A stretch of DNA of 64,000 bases, taken from assembly GCA_040954595.2 (NCBI GenBank), contig CM082592.2, positions 10,316,731-10,380,730 on the forward strand, given 5' to 3'. The DNA comes from Balanoglossus misakiensis. Lineage: Eukaryota > Animalia > Hemichordata. Position 1 is the stretch's first letter. The number at the start of each line of letters is the position of its first letter. The notes under the pieces were generated by a model. The model saw only the letters and a program-made list of their open reading frames with translations, did no database searches and had not been told where the DNA came from. The translations under genes were made by a program, and so were the position numbers. Below, one piece after another: positions 1 through 14,945 of this stretch.

Positions 1-3000
1 GATCCACCTCGTTGACATTTCCCCGCACCATCCTACACCACAGTGTGGTGTATTCTAAACCCTCGTTGGGATATGGGCTGAAAATAGGTACATATTGTCA
101 TGAGTGGAAGGGACTTTGAAATTATGTGTAGGATATCTTACAGGGGCATGCAGCTGACGTTATGATTCCAAATAAAAAGTTCTGTGCACAGACGAAAGGG
201 ATTTTGTTTATTTCTATAGAAATGCCTACATTGTTATTTCCAACACAAATGGTACCAAAGTAGTGGATAGTGTCTACAGCAGTATATTTCTCCCCATTAT
301 GTACTCACCTTTCATTGTCAATGTCTCTCATCTGTTTAACAATATTATCTTTCCCATGCAGAGTTTCATCACATATCGCTGTGAATTCCAATTCCTGCAG
401 TGTCCATGTCAGCAATGCCTGTCGCATGGGCGTAGTCTTGTAAAGCTGTTTGGATCTCTTCATGTAAATGTCAACATTCTTCCTGTCTAAGGAGTCGTAC
501 AGCTCTTCAATTTTATTGGCTGCAACATGAGTATGAAATCATACAAACATTACACTGATATTGACACATTCAACCAATCATAGCGCACAATAATTCCACC
601 ACCAAACCAGGTGCACTATAATTATTGTTACAGTCACTCACCAGGCAGTAATTCTCCATGAGCTTGTCTTAATTCAGCCACTTTATTATCCAATAATTCT
701 TTTCTCCTTTGACTCTCTTCGCGTTCATCTCTCATAAGCTGCAACGGAAACAAACCATGAAGAACTCAACTGCCAAGTTCATGTGCCAATGAAACAGCAT
801 ATTACATATTCCCATCAACTTTATTCTTCATTAAATGAAATTAATTCAATGTTACCTCATAGTTGTCACCAAGTTTGACTTCAAATGTATTATCAACCAG
901 TTTGAAAATAGCACTCTGAAACAAAAAATAAGAATAATGATTACAGGTTGGACTTTTATCAGAGCATAAACCCGACCTTGACTTTAAAATTAAGGACATC
1001 TTACCTTGACTTGCACCAATAAATCTGCAGATAGTTTTCCACTTTTTCTTCGTTTATGCACAATTTTTAACCACTTGAAAATATTGATTATCTGAAAACA
1101 GCAATGGCAAACAATTGTTAATAAGAGTATTGGAAAATGTGTCACAATATGTGGTAAATGGGCATATTCCCCCGTTGGATGATGGATGATGGAATTTTAA
1201 TTTTAAAAAGAGCAAAATACTATAGCATACCTGATCATAATTACCAGCAAAGTCATATTCATGGGGGAAGACAACATCCAAGGAACCAATGAAAACACCC
1301 CTGATTGTGAAAACAAGAATAATACAGAGTTATACACAAAATATGGCGATGTATGGAAGACACTGTAGCCAAGTGGAATGCTACATTACTGCTATCTCTG
1401 TCCTCCAATTAAATCAATGTGGATGAGAACTTCAAAAAACTGAACTAGATTTATACGCATGTTTGACAGACGATCTCTGACCCAGTCAATTGAGATTCGA
1501 TAAGGATTGTACAAATGAGACTGCCTACTTACCACCCAACATTGGATTTGTTTTTCAAGTTTTCAAAGCTGTTTCTATCCCTCTGGATGCTTATGTTGTT
1601 GTGCAGTTTCATGATGCTTGTTTTCTGAAAGGAATTTGTCAGTGCATTTCTTAGAACTTGCAGTAATAACATACAGCAATCTCCAACTCATCTTAAAATT
1701 GAAATCATTTTGTCTATACAATGTGGCACGCAAAATTGTCACATCTAACATGAACTGCCTGTAATCTGAAACATCAAGCTCATAATAAATACTATAATTG
1801 CCCACCTCCAGTGTTATAACCGGGTGTTCATCAAAAAACAATACAGCATCCGGGGCCGATACTTGCATGGTATTTCTGTCCTTCTTGACTTCCAGTTGGT
1901 GCACATGAATTAAGTTTCTGAAAATAGACATTATTCTTGGTTTCTGCTGTATCATTCATTATTCTAATTCTTTTATTCCTCAAGTAATCATGTATTTTAA
2001 CGGAGCTTTTAACATATCTCTATGTAGTATTGTGTTGTGTGGGGGAGCTGTGTTGTTTTATGGTATTTAAGCTGGGTTTTTTCTGAGCTCACTGTGCAAT
2101 ATATGACAGAAAGATGCCCCAATGAGGTTGGTATGCTGTACGCACATGTACTATTGTATCATTACTACAAAGATGGGAGTTTACCTCTGTGTCCGTGATA
2201 TGGTGTAGTGGAATAACAATTCATGGACTTCAATAGTTGCATCGATGCCACTGGCAGACTCTGGAAGAGGCATTTCCTCCGTAAGGAGTTCCCGAGAAGG
2301 AGATCTGGGAATGCTGGCTTTAATGTTACTGATGTGCTCCAGGATTTCTTTGGTACTGTGGTAAATGGTCATGTGATCAGTGGGGATCCAATTGATGCAG
2401 AATTTGTGAGATATTTGGCAAAAAAGCTCCTGGAAAATGAAGAAAAAACTTCATTAAAACAAACCCCCATGATATATATATCAGCAAATGTACCCATTAC
2501 TTCTTTCATTTAGTAACCAGAGACTCACATTAACCTCTATATTCTGCTTGCAAATCTCTTCATTTTCACTTAACTTGTCCACCACTTGGGAACATGGAAT
2601 GTTTAATTAGTAAAACTTGTTTGCCTTCTCTAAAATGAATGTACAATATATATATATCGCCCTCTCACGCTCACAGTTGTTTGTACCAACCTTGGAACGT
2701 TGGAATTTCCATGTCATCTTCTCCATATTGAGAATACCCTGTGTCAGCTGATGAAATGGAACACAATCGTGATTCTGGGGAAAGTGAAAAATAAGTGCCA
2801 TGAGTCAGTTCACTCAATCAAATCTAATCATTACAGTTTTACATCCATTTAGAAAGAAAAACCTTGTCTATGAGTGAAACATCCAGCCAAGAACGAAATG
2901 CCACCCAATTTAAACTGTTGGTGACGCACACAACTCAACCAGTGAAAGATGTGCACAAACCTTGTTTAATTTTTGCACTCTGCTGAAATGAATGCCATCG

Positions 3001-6000
3001 AAATATCCCTGAGATAGACCTCCACTTGATACAGCTGATACACTGTCAAGTCTCAGCATCAAACATTCTGTAATAGACACAAGAAACGCTGAATGAGGTC
3101 TTAATGAAATAAGACTGTTAAATACAGTTGATTGCAGCTTCATGGGACAATTCACAGGGTACATGGTCAGTACATGCCAAGTCATCACTCACAATGTCAT
3201 AGCTCATACATCCACACTTGGCCAACTTACCGTTGACAGAGTTACACACAAAAGCATTGCAGTCTCTTAACTTGAACTTGACTTCTAGACTCCTGGCCTT
3301 CTTGATGGATTTCTTAGTTGGTGATGTCGGCAGGGGGGACTGTGCCAAGGCGGTCTCCCTCAGCATCTTAAATGTTCCAAGTATCTGCTCTGTCAGATCT
3401 AAGATCTCATTGGAACATTCCAACTGCAAAAACTGTGTCTCTGCCTCCAATTCGATCTTGTTTTCAGAATAGCCAAACTATGAAATTAAGAGTACCATAA
3501 TTAATAATTAAGACATTCAATATGATCTCATCTTGGTTCAAAAACACTGAGTTAAATCTGTACAAGAGATGTTTCTGAAATAATATAAGGATCATTGCAA
3601 TTACTTTGAAGCTTTATAAACTAGCTGTGAACAAACTGAAGTACTCTTTTTGAGTAAAAACCATCATTGATCTGGTTTCCAGTGTAATCATATACATGAA
3701 CTTACATTGATATCTATCTGATGCATTGCATATGGTGTTCCCCAGAGATGTTTATTAATGGAGAAATGACCTGAGTATTTGGCAGCTTCACCCACGTAAC
3801 AATACAATTGTTCACCATGAATTTTGCCTCTGAAAAGAAGACGGAAAAAGTTTAATACTAATTTATATAAAATCCATAGAGTAAAGACAGCATTCGGTGG
3901 CCATTTTGAATTACTGGCCACATTTTCAATGTCTTTTCTGGTTTCCCACCACTGCTTCTTGTGAAATCCTTAATCAACTTACCTGCTACATCGATGTAGT
4001 GTTGAATGAGTGCTCTCAGTACGAATGTGTGCTTCTGCTTGCACAGTACTGGCCACGGCTGAAAACTTGGGAATATCCGGCTGACTAACTGAAGCTGATA
4101 AATTATATACATTGACTTCTAGGTCTATGGGTAGCCTCAAACCACTTAAAATAGACTTGGGCCTACAAAAAAACAAACAAACAAAAATAATTGCACATCA
4201 TTTGCAAGTACCAATCTGAAATCATCTCCGATTATATATTCTGAGTTTTGGATTCATAAATTGCATCATGATATGAAGTTTTCAGTCAAATGACGGCTGC
4301 CAATATTGCACTACATGTACACCAATTGATGAGAACAGCTGGGATTAAAAACATAAAACCAGAGATGAGCAGTAAATAATTACTTTAATTTTTCAGCAAT
4401 TTCATTCATCTCAAGCTGTTCCTCTGTCTGTTTCCATGGTAACATAAAGCTGTCCAGCAGCTGGTACCAGAAAGTCACTTCATCTTGTAAATATTGCACA
4501 TGACACGAATCCACCAAGAGCACTCCACTCCCATTGCTGTCTGTTAACTGTCAAAGAAACAATTCTTTTGGTGTTAGCGAGACTCAAATAATTAAGGCAG
4601 TCTCCATGGTTCAAGACTTCCCAGGAAATAGATTTTCCATTGTGAATATAATATCAGGAAAACACTTCCATGGAAACTAACCCAAGATGGAATTTAGGTT
4701 ACATCTCCATGGTAATCAAGGTTTCTCTAATTACCACACTGTCATGCTTCAAAGTAACACGTTTCAACCTTTCATAAAAAATATTTTTTCTAACATTTAC
4801 CTTGATATCTGTCTGAATTTTTGTCAGAGAAAATAACTTCAACGGTGACATGTTTGTAAGTTCAATATCTGTAAGACAGAAGACAATATAATTTTCTAGT
4901 GCAATTGGCCAGCCAGCAGTGTTTGTGTTTAACAAGATGTAGAGTGTTTAGATCAGTGTGTATGCACGAGCCTTAGAAACACTAGAGCATGTTGTGGACA
5001 TTGCTCCTTAAAATAGATGTGAAAAACTGATTTTTTGGCAATAATGCCCGTGATAATAACACCACCAACCTGAAAACACAGATTGCAGAGTTGTCTTTGG
5101 TAACATAAGATCCTCCGCCACACCCATCACCCCTGCTGAAGTGGTATCTACCTCACACACCAAGGACATTGTACCCAAATGAAGGCACAGAAATCTGTAT
5201 TTTGATAATAATTGAAATAAAATCAATATGGTGTCATGCAGAAATAAGAAGACTGTGTCAGAAAAATAGCATATCGATTTATTAGCAAAGGTATTTAGTT
5301 GCACTAGTGATAAAGCATCTTCCCTTAACTATGGCTGTCTCAAGGTTGTTGACACCTGCAATAGAGTGAATGTCCGCTGTACCCATGGCAACTACATGTA
5401 TATTAGTCTGGCCAATCGTTACGGGTGTGCTGACGTCAATCTTAGAAACGACACGTTCATGTGACTTGTTGAGTTTCCTTTGTGAGAGCTTTAATAGAAG
5501 ACCTTTATGTTCAACGCCCCATGTTCAGCCTGTCATATATAACACATGCTGCTTCACATTGTGTAACGTACCTGTTTTTACTCTGCACTGACACCTTAGC
5601 TGAGGCAGCATTCACGTCCACTTTAACAGACTGGCCATGCAAGGAAAATGACAAAACGTGTTAATCATAAAACACTTGACATTAAAACTGATGATTAAAT
5701 TCAGATCAAGTTGATAGACCAACAGTGCCCTTTGAGTCCCCTTGAAAAAATATGAATTCTTTTCACCTCTGATAGAGCAGGTGTCATCATTCATTGGTGT
5801 CTGAAGGTGTGTGTGTGTATACAATGTAATGTATTAACAGACACTTTAGCCATCAGACAGACAGACATATGGACTTACCTGTGGAAGTAATTTCATGAGA
5901 TTGTTCAGTTTGTGAGCATTTCTTATAGACACCGTCTCAACATTATTTGGTATTATTTCTGTAAGAGATTTAGAAAACAATGACGTAAGATCAAAAATAT

Positions 6001-7693
6001 GTACAGTTTAAGTGTACTGGGCTTGAAAAATTACAGGGACATTCGCTGTAACTTTTAGCTTTATTTTCAGTATTTTTGTTCTGTGTACCAAATGCAACTT
6101 CTTGTTCGACTCCAAAAAGCATGCTAATACTGTAAACTGGGAAGATTTCACGAACGATAAATGTTCACGCACTACGCAACAGCCAAAAATCGCAAACATA
6201 AAAAGTTGTGAAAAAATATAGTCACGAATGAACAATGTGTGATTTACATCTTGAAATGTATCATCATACCCACTGGCATAAGGTACAATATCGCTCAAGC
6301 ACAAAGGTGCTAGAGCGCTATTGTACAGATACTTGTCACTCTAATCATCTTGCAACCTTACAAATACGTCATTGTCACCTACTTATTCATTGATTGCAAG
6401 CAATCAAGGCTGATGCAAAAAACAGACTTCAAACCATTAACAGCTACTTATCAGTGAATCTGTTGCTATCAAGACCACAAATGTGGGCTGCAATCATATT
6501 GAGATATAGCCCCTGATATACTACATCAAGGATGTTAATGCGTATATATGACTATAAGGAGTTTTAACTTACCTTCAATCGGTGCAACTTCAGAACCAGT
6601 TTTAAAGTTTGTGTGGAGAAAACCTACACAGACACAAAAGATTTGATAAATATCACACAAGTATACTGATGCTCCAATCAGAAAATTATAATTCTACACT
6701 GTAACAACAATGCATATACCTTACAGATATGGAAATTACATGACAAATGCGGAGAACAGCTGAGAATACACTACTCATCACAGAACACTTGGTGTATACG
6801 TACCTTCATATAATTCTACACTGGGTTTACCAATTGCAATCTGCACATACTGAAATGAAACACACAGAAATAGTTTACATAACTTGCAATGGTTATACCA
6901 GGTTCATTGCTATATCACAATACACACACATCATGATTTCTGATTACTAGTTTTTTTAAGCCTGAAGAATGAAAGGGTGAATGATCTCAACCAATCTCAT
7001 CTCAGAACCTAGAAAATGATCTGTACGTACTACTGCATCATAACAAGTAGCTAATTCAGCAATGTGATTAAAGTAGCAAATGGAAGCAGTTCCTCTTCTT
7101 CACAGATCACTGAAACTAGCGCCAACCAGATGTACCTACTAGAATTAACGTAATGATATTTCCTTATGGTGGACAGCACACAAACTAATTGTACATTGTG
7201 CATGTACATGGCACTTACTGTAGGAACTCTTTCAATCAAATCCACACCAAACGAAACTTGAACAGTACACGAAAAATCTGCAATACAAGCACCTTCGGGG
7301 CCAGCCTAAAGACAAACATTGAAATTAAATATCTGTAACAGAGTCCTGACAAATTTCTAAGGTTTATTTGGGAATTTTATCATATACAATTTTGTATTAC
7401 CAGATACAGAAGCACATGGCCACTTAGCCCCAAAATCTTGAAATACAAGTCGATAATTGATTGTACAGATACTCACAGGCTTACTGCTTTTCAACATCTT
7501 GCATGTGATTTGGTTGGTTATGACTTCTGCTGAAAAGAATCTGTGATCAAAGGAAAACACATATTTTGGCTTTAAAAATTGGCTGTCAACATTGGCAATG
7601 CATGTTTGCTTGTGTAAGGGTTTCATAGTGTCATTACTTGCAAGAAAAACACCACCATGGCCAAGTTTTTCGTACTCTCAAATTTCAGAAATG

Positions 7694-7729
<36 letters not shown>

Positions 7730-10700
7730 GGTATATTCTGATTCATTGTCACAAGACATATGTTAGCAGGTTCTAGCATTTCACATTTTGAGTAACTCCA
7801 GTAACTTTCCCTTGCACACCCAGTACCCTCTCGTCTCTGTGGCAAGTACTTTGTGCAACGTCTGTCGCCTGTAATTTAATTAACTTCTGGGAAGTTCAGA
7901 CTTATAGGGTTTCCTAGCTTAATTAATATAGGCGAGGTGTTGATCCGTTTAGCAACAGAGGTTAAAAAGCGTGACTTGTGGTTTCTTTTGTTCTCTGCGG
8001 TAGATACGCATCCATCTTCCCTTCTTCTGATTTAACCTTACCTGTCATCTTTATTACTTCCACTCGCTTGGAGATCTTTTATTGTGAAATGAATTAAGGC
8101 ATCAGATGTGACTGCTTTTAGCAGCATAATATTGAAAGACTCCACTCTGACTGACATAAACTAAAAAAAAAAAAAAAAAAAACTTACGAAATGTTGACAA
8201 TATTTCATATATTACACATGTCCACATTGAGGAATAATGCAGCATATGTGAAAAGCACCAACATATGTTAGCCTGGTATCTATCTAGCCTTTTCTCAGCA
8301 CAAGCAAGTACATTGTTATTTGATTAAATAATGTGCTTCATTGAGAGTGACGGATGTCTGGTCCTCGAATTTCATAGTATTTCGGATGTGTGTACATGTA
8401 CATACAAAAGTAAACACAAAAGCTCTGACTATACTATTCATACATACTGACTGTATATCAATATTCAGACAGTGCATCATGGGAAATATGCTTGTCATGT
8501 CATCTTTATCACCATAGCTCACCACATGTACACTACAAAATGGTATTCAAACAACAGAGCAAATACCAGTGTGCGGTCATGCGAAATGCTGGCATTTAAA
8601 AACCCACCTGTACAACCTTTTTGATGACCATCACATGCCAAGATTTCAGAGTAAAACCTGAAAATGAAATAAACATTTACGGTATATTACTGACAAATGA
8701 TCAAATATTGAAAGTGTTGTTAAAAGAATTGTCAGAGTAACCATTGTGTGTCTCAGCAAAAGATAACAAAGCATTTATGATTCTCAAAGAAGCATCATCT
8801 GGCTTATTATCTTCGCTACTTGATACGGGCAATCATATCTGTTATATAGAAACTAATGAGGCTGCCATTAATAGCTCATCTTCTTCACTGAACTAACGAA
8901 ACTGCCACCCCAAAGTAAGTATTACCAACCCTGGTATAGCCTATCATCTTACTGAGCACCGAGGCTGTAACCCACAGGAAAAGTACTGTAAAACGGGAAA
9001 TTTTCGCAAACTACGCGAGAGCCCAGTAAAAATGTTTTTCAGAAATAACAATCTAGTGAAATACGAGAACACAAAAATTAATCATCACATAACAGTTGCT
9101 GCTTTTGATATTATGAAAATTTCCTATCGCGAAAATTTCCCGTTTTACAGTATTATTTTGTATGGCATCTTTATTAATTACCTTTACTGGGCATCTCATA
9201 GTGTCGTGTTTCAGACTGGTCGCTGTTTGGTTTGATTTCAGCTTGAAGTCGGATGTCACCAATACACAATGCCAACAAGTGTCTAAAACAGCAGTTAAAC
9301 AACTCATTTAAAGTTTTCTCTCATTTCTCAAAATTCGTCAATGACACGAATTTTGGTGGCTTTGTAATACAATGTACTGGGTAAAGTAGCATGCTGTTTG
9401 AAGTAGAACAAGAAACTGCATTTGATACATGGAAAAAAATACTATATATATAGCCAAAATTACAGCTAATGTCCCTTTAATAAATCCAATTGAGAAGATT
9501 CCTAGGACCTTGCAAAGTCAAAGCAACTGGATGAGTATTTTCTAAAAATTGGATTTTTTTTACAAAGAAAGACAAATTTTGCAGTTGTCACAAAGTGTGT
9601 ACAATGAAGACACTGCAATATGTTGTGATGGTGTGTTGTCTCTTATTTTAATGTTGTTTGTGGTGGTTGCTCTATATAGTCAGTTTTTGTGTGTGTGTTT
9701 TTCTATACAAGGTGGTTAGCGAGTCAGGATCAATATTTGAAAGCTTTGGAAGAGTGGGCCTTTGATTGAAAGGTGTTAAGTGATGGATTTACATAACAAA
9801 TGACAGTGACTGAGATGACATCATTTTCACTTGACCTTATGAATATTCAAATCACAAACTCAACAAAAGAGAGTGGGATGCTGAGAACAATGGCTGGGTC
9901 ATATTCAAATCACAGGCCCAGACACCTGGGAAGTTTGTACCAAAAATTCCTGAGCTTGCAGGGAAGATATAAAAGACACACACGGGTCAGTCACAGCCAG
10001 CAGAACCAGAGCTGCTCAAGGAAGTGTAAGCACAGTCCCATGGAGGAACAGTGATACAAAGCAGTGCCTGATTTCTGGGCTGGTTTGGACTACACCAGAG
10101 AAAGTGATTCCATCAGATTCATATACCCATGAAAGACTGAGCTACCGAATGCGTTTACATGCTGTACTTCCTACCAAGAACTAATTTCCAACCATGTGTG
10201 CATGCACTGAATCTGATCTACAGGACTGTCACTTGGCTAACAACTTCATGACTTCAACCATCATTAGCAAGGTTAGGACATACATGCAACACCACCTCTG
10301 ATGTCTATGAATGTTTCTATGCTGTTGCATCTCTTTGGTAGTGGTGTGTTTTTGTGTGTGTTTAGCCTGTCCTCAAGCTCATGTTTTCGGTCAACTCCTA
10401 GTGGAATAAATGTACACGCTTTCATAAACTTGAAACAACTTGTATGTTTTTGGTTTTGTGTACTACAACAGGGGTCCCCACCTCAAATGTAAACAAGTGG
10501 TTGCAGGTGCTTACATGTACTTGCATACTTACTTTTGTTCCGGATTGAAAATTCTCCATGCTAATCGTATGTTGTCAACAACCTATAAGAAAGATGAGAA
10601 ACAGACATAAAAGGATGGGTTGGTCAGATATGTACACAAAATGTGCTACAACTTATTTAAAATCACAGTAACATTTTGAATTCACCTACCATACTGCATT

Positions 10701-11549
10701 TCTCCATGGTGATACAGACATTTTGGAATGAAAAAAAACCAACATAGTCAATGCTGATGTTCTTCTTCAAAATCTTACTCAAGAGTTTGGACAGAATAAT
10801 TGCTTGGATTCTGTAAATTGGCAAAGAAAAAAACTTGGTATAAGTGGTAGTTAAAGAGTCTTAGGAGGAAGTTGGGGTCACAAATAGCCATTTTATGGGG
10901 TCTTTAATGGTCTGCCAAATTCTTGCAATGGGGGGGGGGGTGTACACATACTACTATCCAGACTATGCTATACCACTAACACAAATGGCGGACAACTATA
11001 CCACATATTATACCATTAAAATGGGGATTAATTTGTGGAACATGGAGAAGCTCTATAAGCCTAAGGGAAACCTCTCCTTTATCATCCATGCTTAATAACC
11101 AAGATATATTTTCATGTACAACACACTTCAGAAAGTGTGCTATTTTAAGTACCTTACATACAACACTCATTCAATTTCATTGTCTTGAACCTGTCATGTA
11201 AACAAACAAAACAATACATTCACAGTCCTATTGTTCGTATGGCTATGAACTTTACCGTCAACGACTAAACATTTATGAAAATAACAATTCTGTAATTCAC
11301 TCCACACACTGATTAAAACCGAAACTTTCAGAGCAGCTACGGGAGGGAGGAACCAGTAGAATGAATGAGACTACCCCACTGCACTACAGCTACCACCGTT
11401 GTACTTGTAAACAAAAATTAAGTACTTGACGTACTGTCACGGTCGCCATTGTGCTTTTAGCACTCAAAAAAGGATGCCATATACCTGGATATTGCCACGA
11501 CAACGACGACAATGAGGGTCACATAGATAAGTAACGTCAACAGCCACAT
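1..11549 (-). CDS. BLTP2: Bridge-like lipid transfer protein 2 (KIAA0100/hobbit), multi-exon, 5' part; continues beyond window start
   Basis: Exon 1 11485-11549 encodes hydrophobic anchor MWLLTLLIYVTLIVVVVVAISR. Later GT-AG exons give HLLALCIGDIRLQAEIK (~9182-9282), FMSVRVESFNIMLLK (~8042-8160), INWIPTDHMTIYH (~2350-2390), DVVFPHEYDF (~1250-1280), VDNTFEVKLGDNYE (~856-900), LMRDEREESQRRKELLDNKVAELRQAHGELLP (~642-740), ANKIEELYDSLDRKNVDIYMKRSKQLYKTTPMRQALLTW (~400-520) and PYPNEGLEYTTLWCRMV (~20-78). These are collinear with recalled human KIAA0100 segments. Not all exon boundaries resolved. Confidence 0.93.
6031..6126. repeat. Dispersed repeat fragment, inverted copy of 9387-9480
   Basis: The reverse complement (TAGCATGCTTTTTGGAGTCGAACAAGAAGTTGCATTTGG...ACAGCGAATGTCCCTGTAA) aligns by eye with 9387-9480 (TAGCATGCTGTTTGAAGTAGAACAAGAAACTGCATTTGA...ACAGCTAATGTCCCTTTAA). 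A related piece lies near 32665-32700. The TTAAAGGGAC-like end suggests a non-autonomous DNA transposon. Confidence 0.65.
7697..7728. repeat. (CAT)n microsatellite
   Basis: Directly visible, in a BLTP2 intron. Confidence 0.95.
8986..9150. mobile_element. MITE with 22-bp perfect TIRs and TA target-site duplication (Tc1/mariner-pogo-like)
   Basis: TA|CTGTAAAACGGGAAATTTTCGC ... GCGAAAATTTCCCGTTTTACAG|TA, in a BLTP2 intron. A degenerate related end lies at ~6128-6155. Confidence 0.85.
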
Positions 11550-12579
11550 TTTTAAAGGTGGCGAGTTGAACACCTATCCGGAACAGAACACAGCGTAACC
11601 TTTATACGTCAACCATATTTACACGGAATTATGGGTAAATAACCCAAGCGGGTCATTGACATCAGGGACTAGAATTGGAATCTTATACATGAAAGTTTAA
11701 TCACAGAAAAGAGAGGGTTGACAAAATGTCCCATCTCTCCAGCCAACTTCCAACCCCATCAAAAAGTCCCAACACAATGACTTGTTAATTGAATTAGGCT
11801 TACTCAGAACGAGATATTACTCCCACTGTGTTTGTTTGATTTTTCGCTCTGTGCACAACTAACTACACTGGGTGTTAGATGGCTTCGATAAAATACGACA
11901 GATCTCATGGAGCGTTGATAAATTGGCTTCCTGTTTGCTCACAATGAGTCATACGTGACAAATATAACGCATTTGGAGGTTCAGAAAGCGGAACGATTGA
12001 TAAAATATTTTAATTCTTAGAAACAAAATTCTGCTAATGTCATTTTCCTGGACCTTTGCACATGGCATAATCAAAAGAAATGGAAAGTCAACAGGTTGGT
12101 TAACGAAATACTGTATAGAATGTAGAACAAACCCTGACTTGATCATGTCATAATAGGGTATACCATGGACGTAAAAAGAGACGTGTTTCCCTCAGACCTT
12201 TGATAAACTATCCTTTTTGATACAAATGTAATTATATGCTGTGTGCAAAGCCTTATCACTTCTGTTCCCTTACAGTCTCGCCTCTTTTCTAAACGTTGTA
12301 TGTTTAATTAATAACAACTGTATTTTTATGGCTTTCCAAACAAACGTTATTTACCTGCCGAAATTACTTTTCACGGAAACATCAAATTTTAACTTTAGAG
12401 TAAATGTCAGACCATGCCCCCTTCTGTGCCGTTCGTGGTCTTAATACTACCCTGTCGGGCAGTTTTTCATCAGTGTGTGTCTACAACTCTGCAGATATAG
12501 CAAGCAAGCAAGCTTACTCGCCGTTGATATTCTCGTTTCAGAAAACTCCGCTGCCGCGCAAACGATCGGACCCGTTGAC

Positions 12580-14185
<1,606 letters not shown>

Positions 14186-14945
14186 GACCGAACAGGATTC
14201 TATGGCTACAGTGACGGTTGTGTCAGAACGACCCTTCTTCGCCAATTTTACAAATTTCATTTTTTCTCTTCAAACTGATATTCTATGTAGCTATGCTGTA
14301 CGTTCGCGGGAATAGTTGTTGGGGTTGACTTTAAAAAATAACATTTTCCTACCATCCCCAATGGCAATGGGATACTGTAAAATTTCATGGTAATAAATTA
14401 TGTTTTAACAATATACCCTTTCGCTTCCAGGGTCTAGTTTTTTCAGCTTAAAACATTCAAGGGTTGAGACTGGAGTAAATGTTAAACATTTGTTTATCAT
14501 TTCTACGACAGCATGTTGTAAAAGTATGCTTATGCGTCAATATTTCTTCTCCGTGAAGGCGAGGTAGTTTTAGAACATTACCATGACGTTCGATTCATTA
14601 GCGCAAGCTTCAATTCTCTGATTGATATTAAAGATCTGTAACATCTTCACTGTGCCATCAGGGACGGGCTCTTACCAGGGCTAAAATCCGAGATACATGT
14701 AGTGTCAATTTAAAGACTTGAATAAAGAGATTCAACATGCACATGTGCAAAAACTGCACATGTGCAAAAACCCCGACGATGAGCTAGAGACGTACCATTT
14801 AAACCAGGGGGTTGTTGAGGGACAAATTGCATTGCGCCCCTACGCACACTAGTACCTGGTTCTACACACACGTACACAGGTTAATAAAAGATGCGTACCT
14901 TTGAATGAAAAGCTGACTCTGTTTTGTCTACCAAGTCGTCTCAAC

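Noticed and set aside
2520-2640. Possible extra BLTP2 exon with a non-canonical (AT-AC) acceptor
   Set aside because: No U12 donor or branch consensus; the phase can be reconciled with an alternative GT donor of the neighbouring exon.
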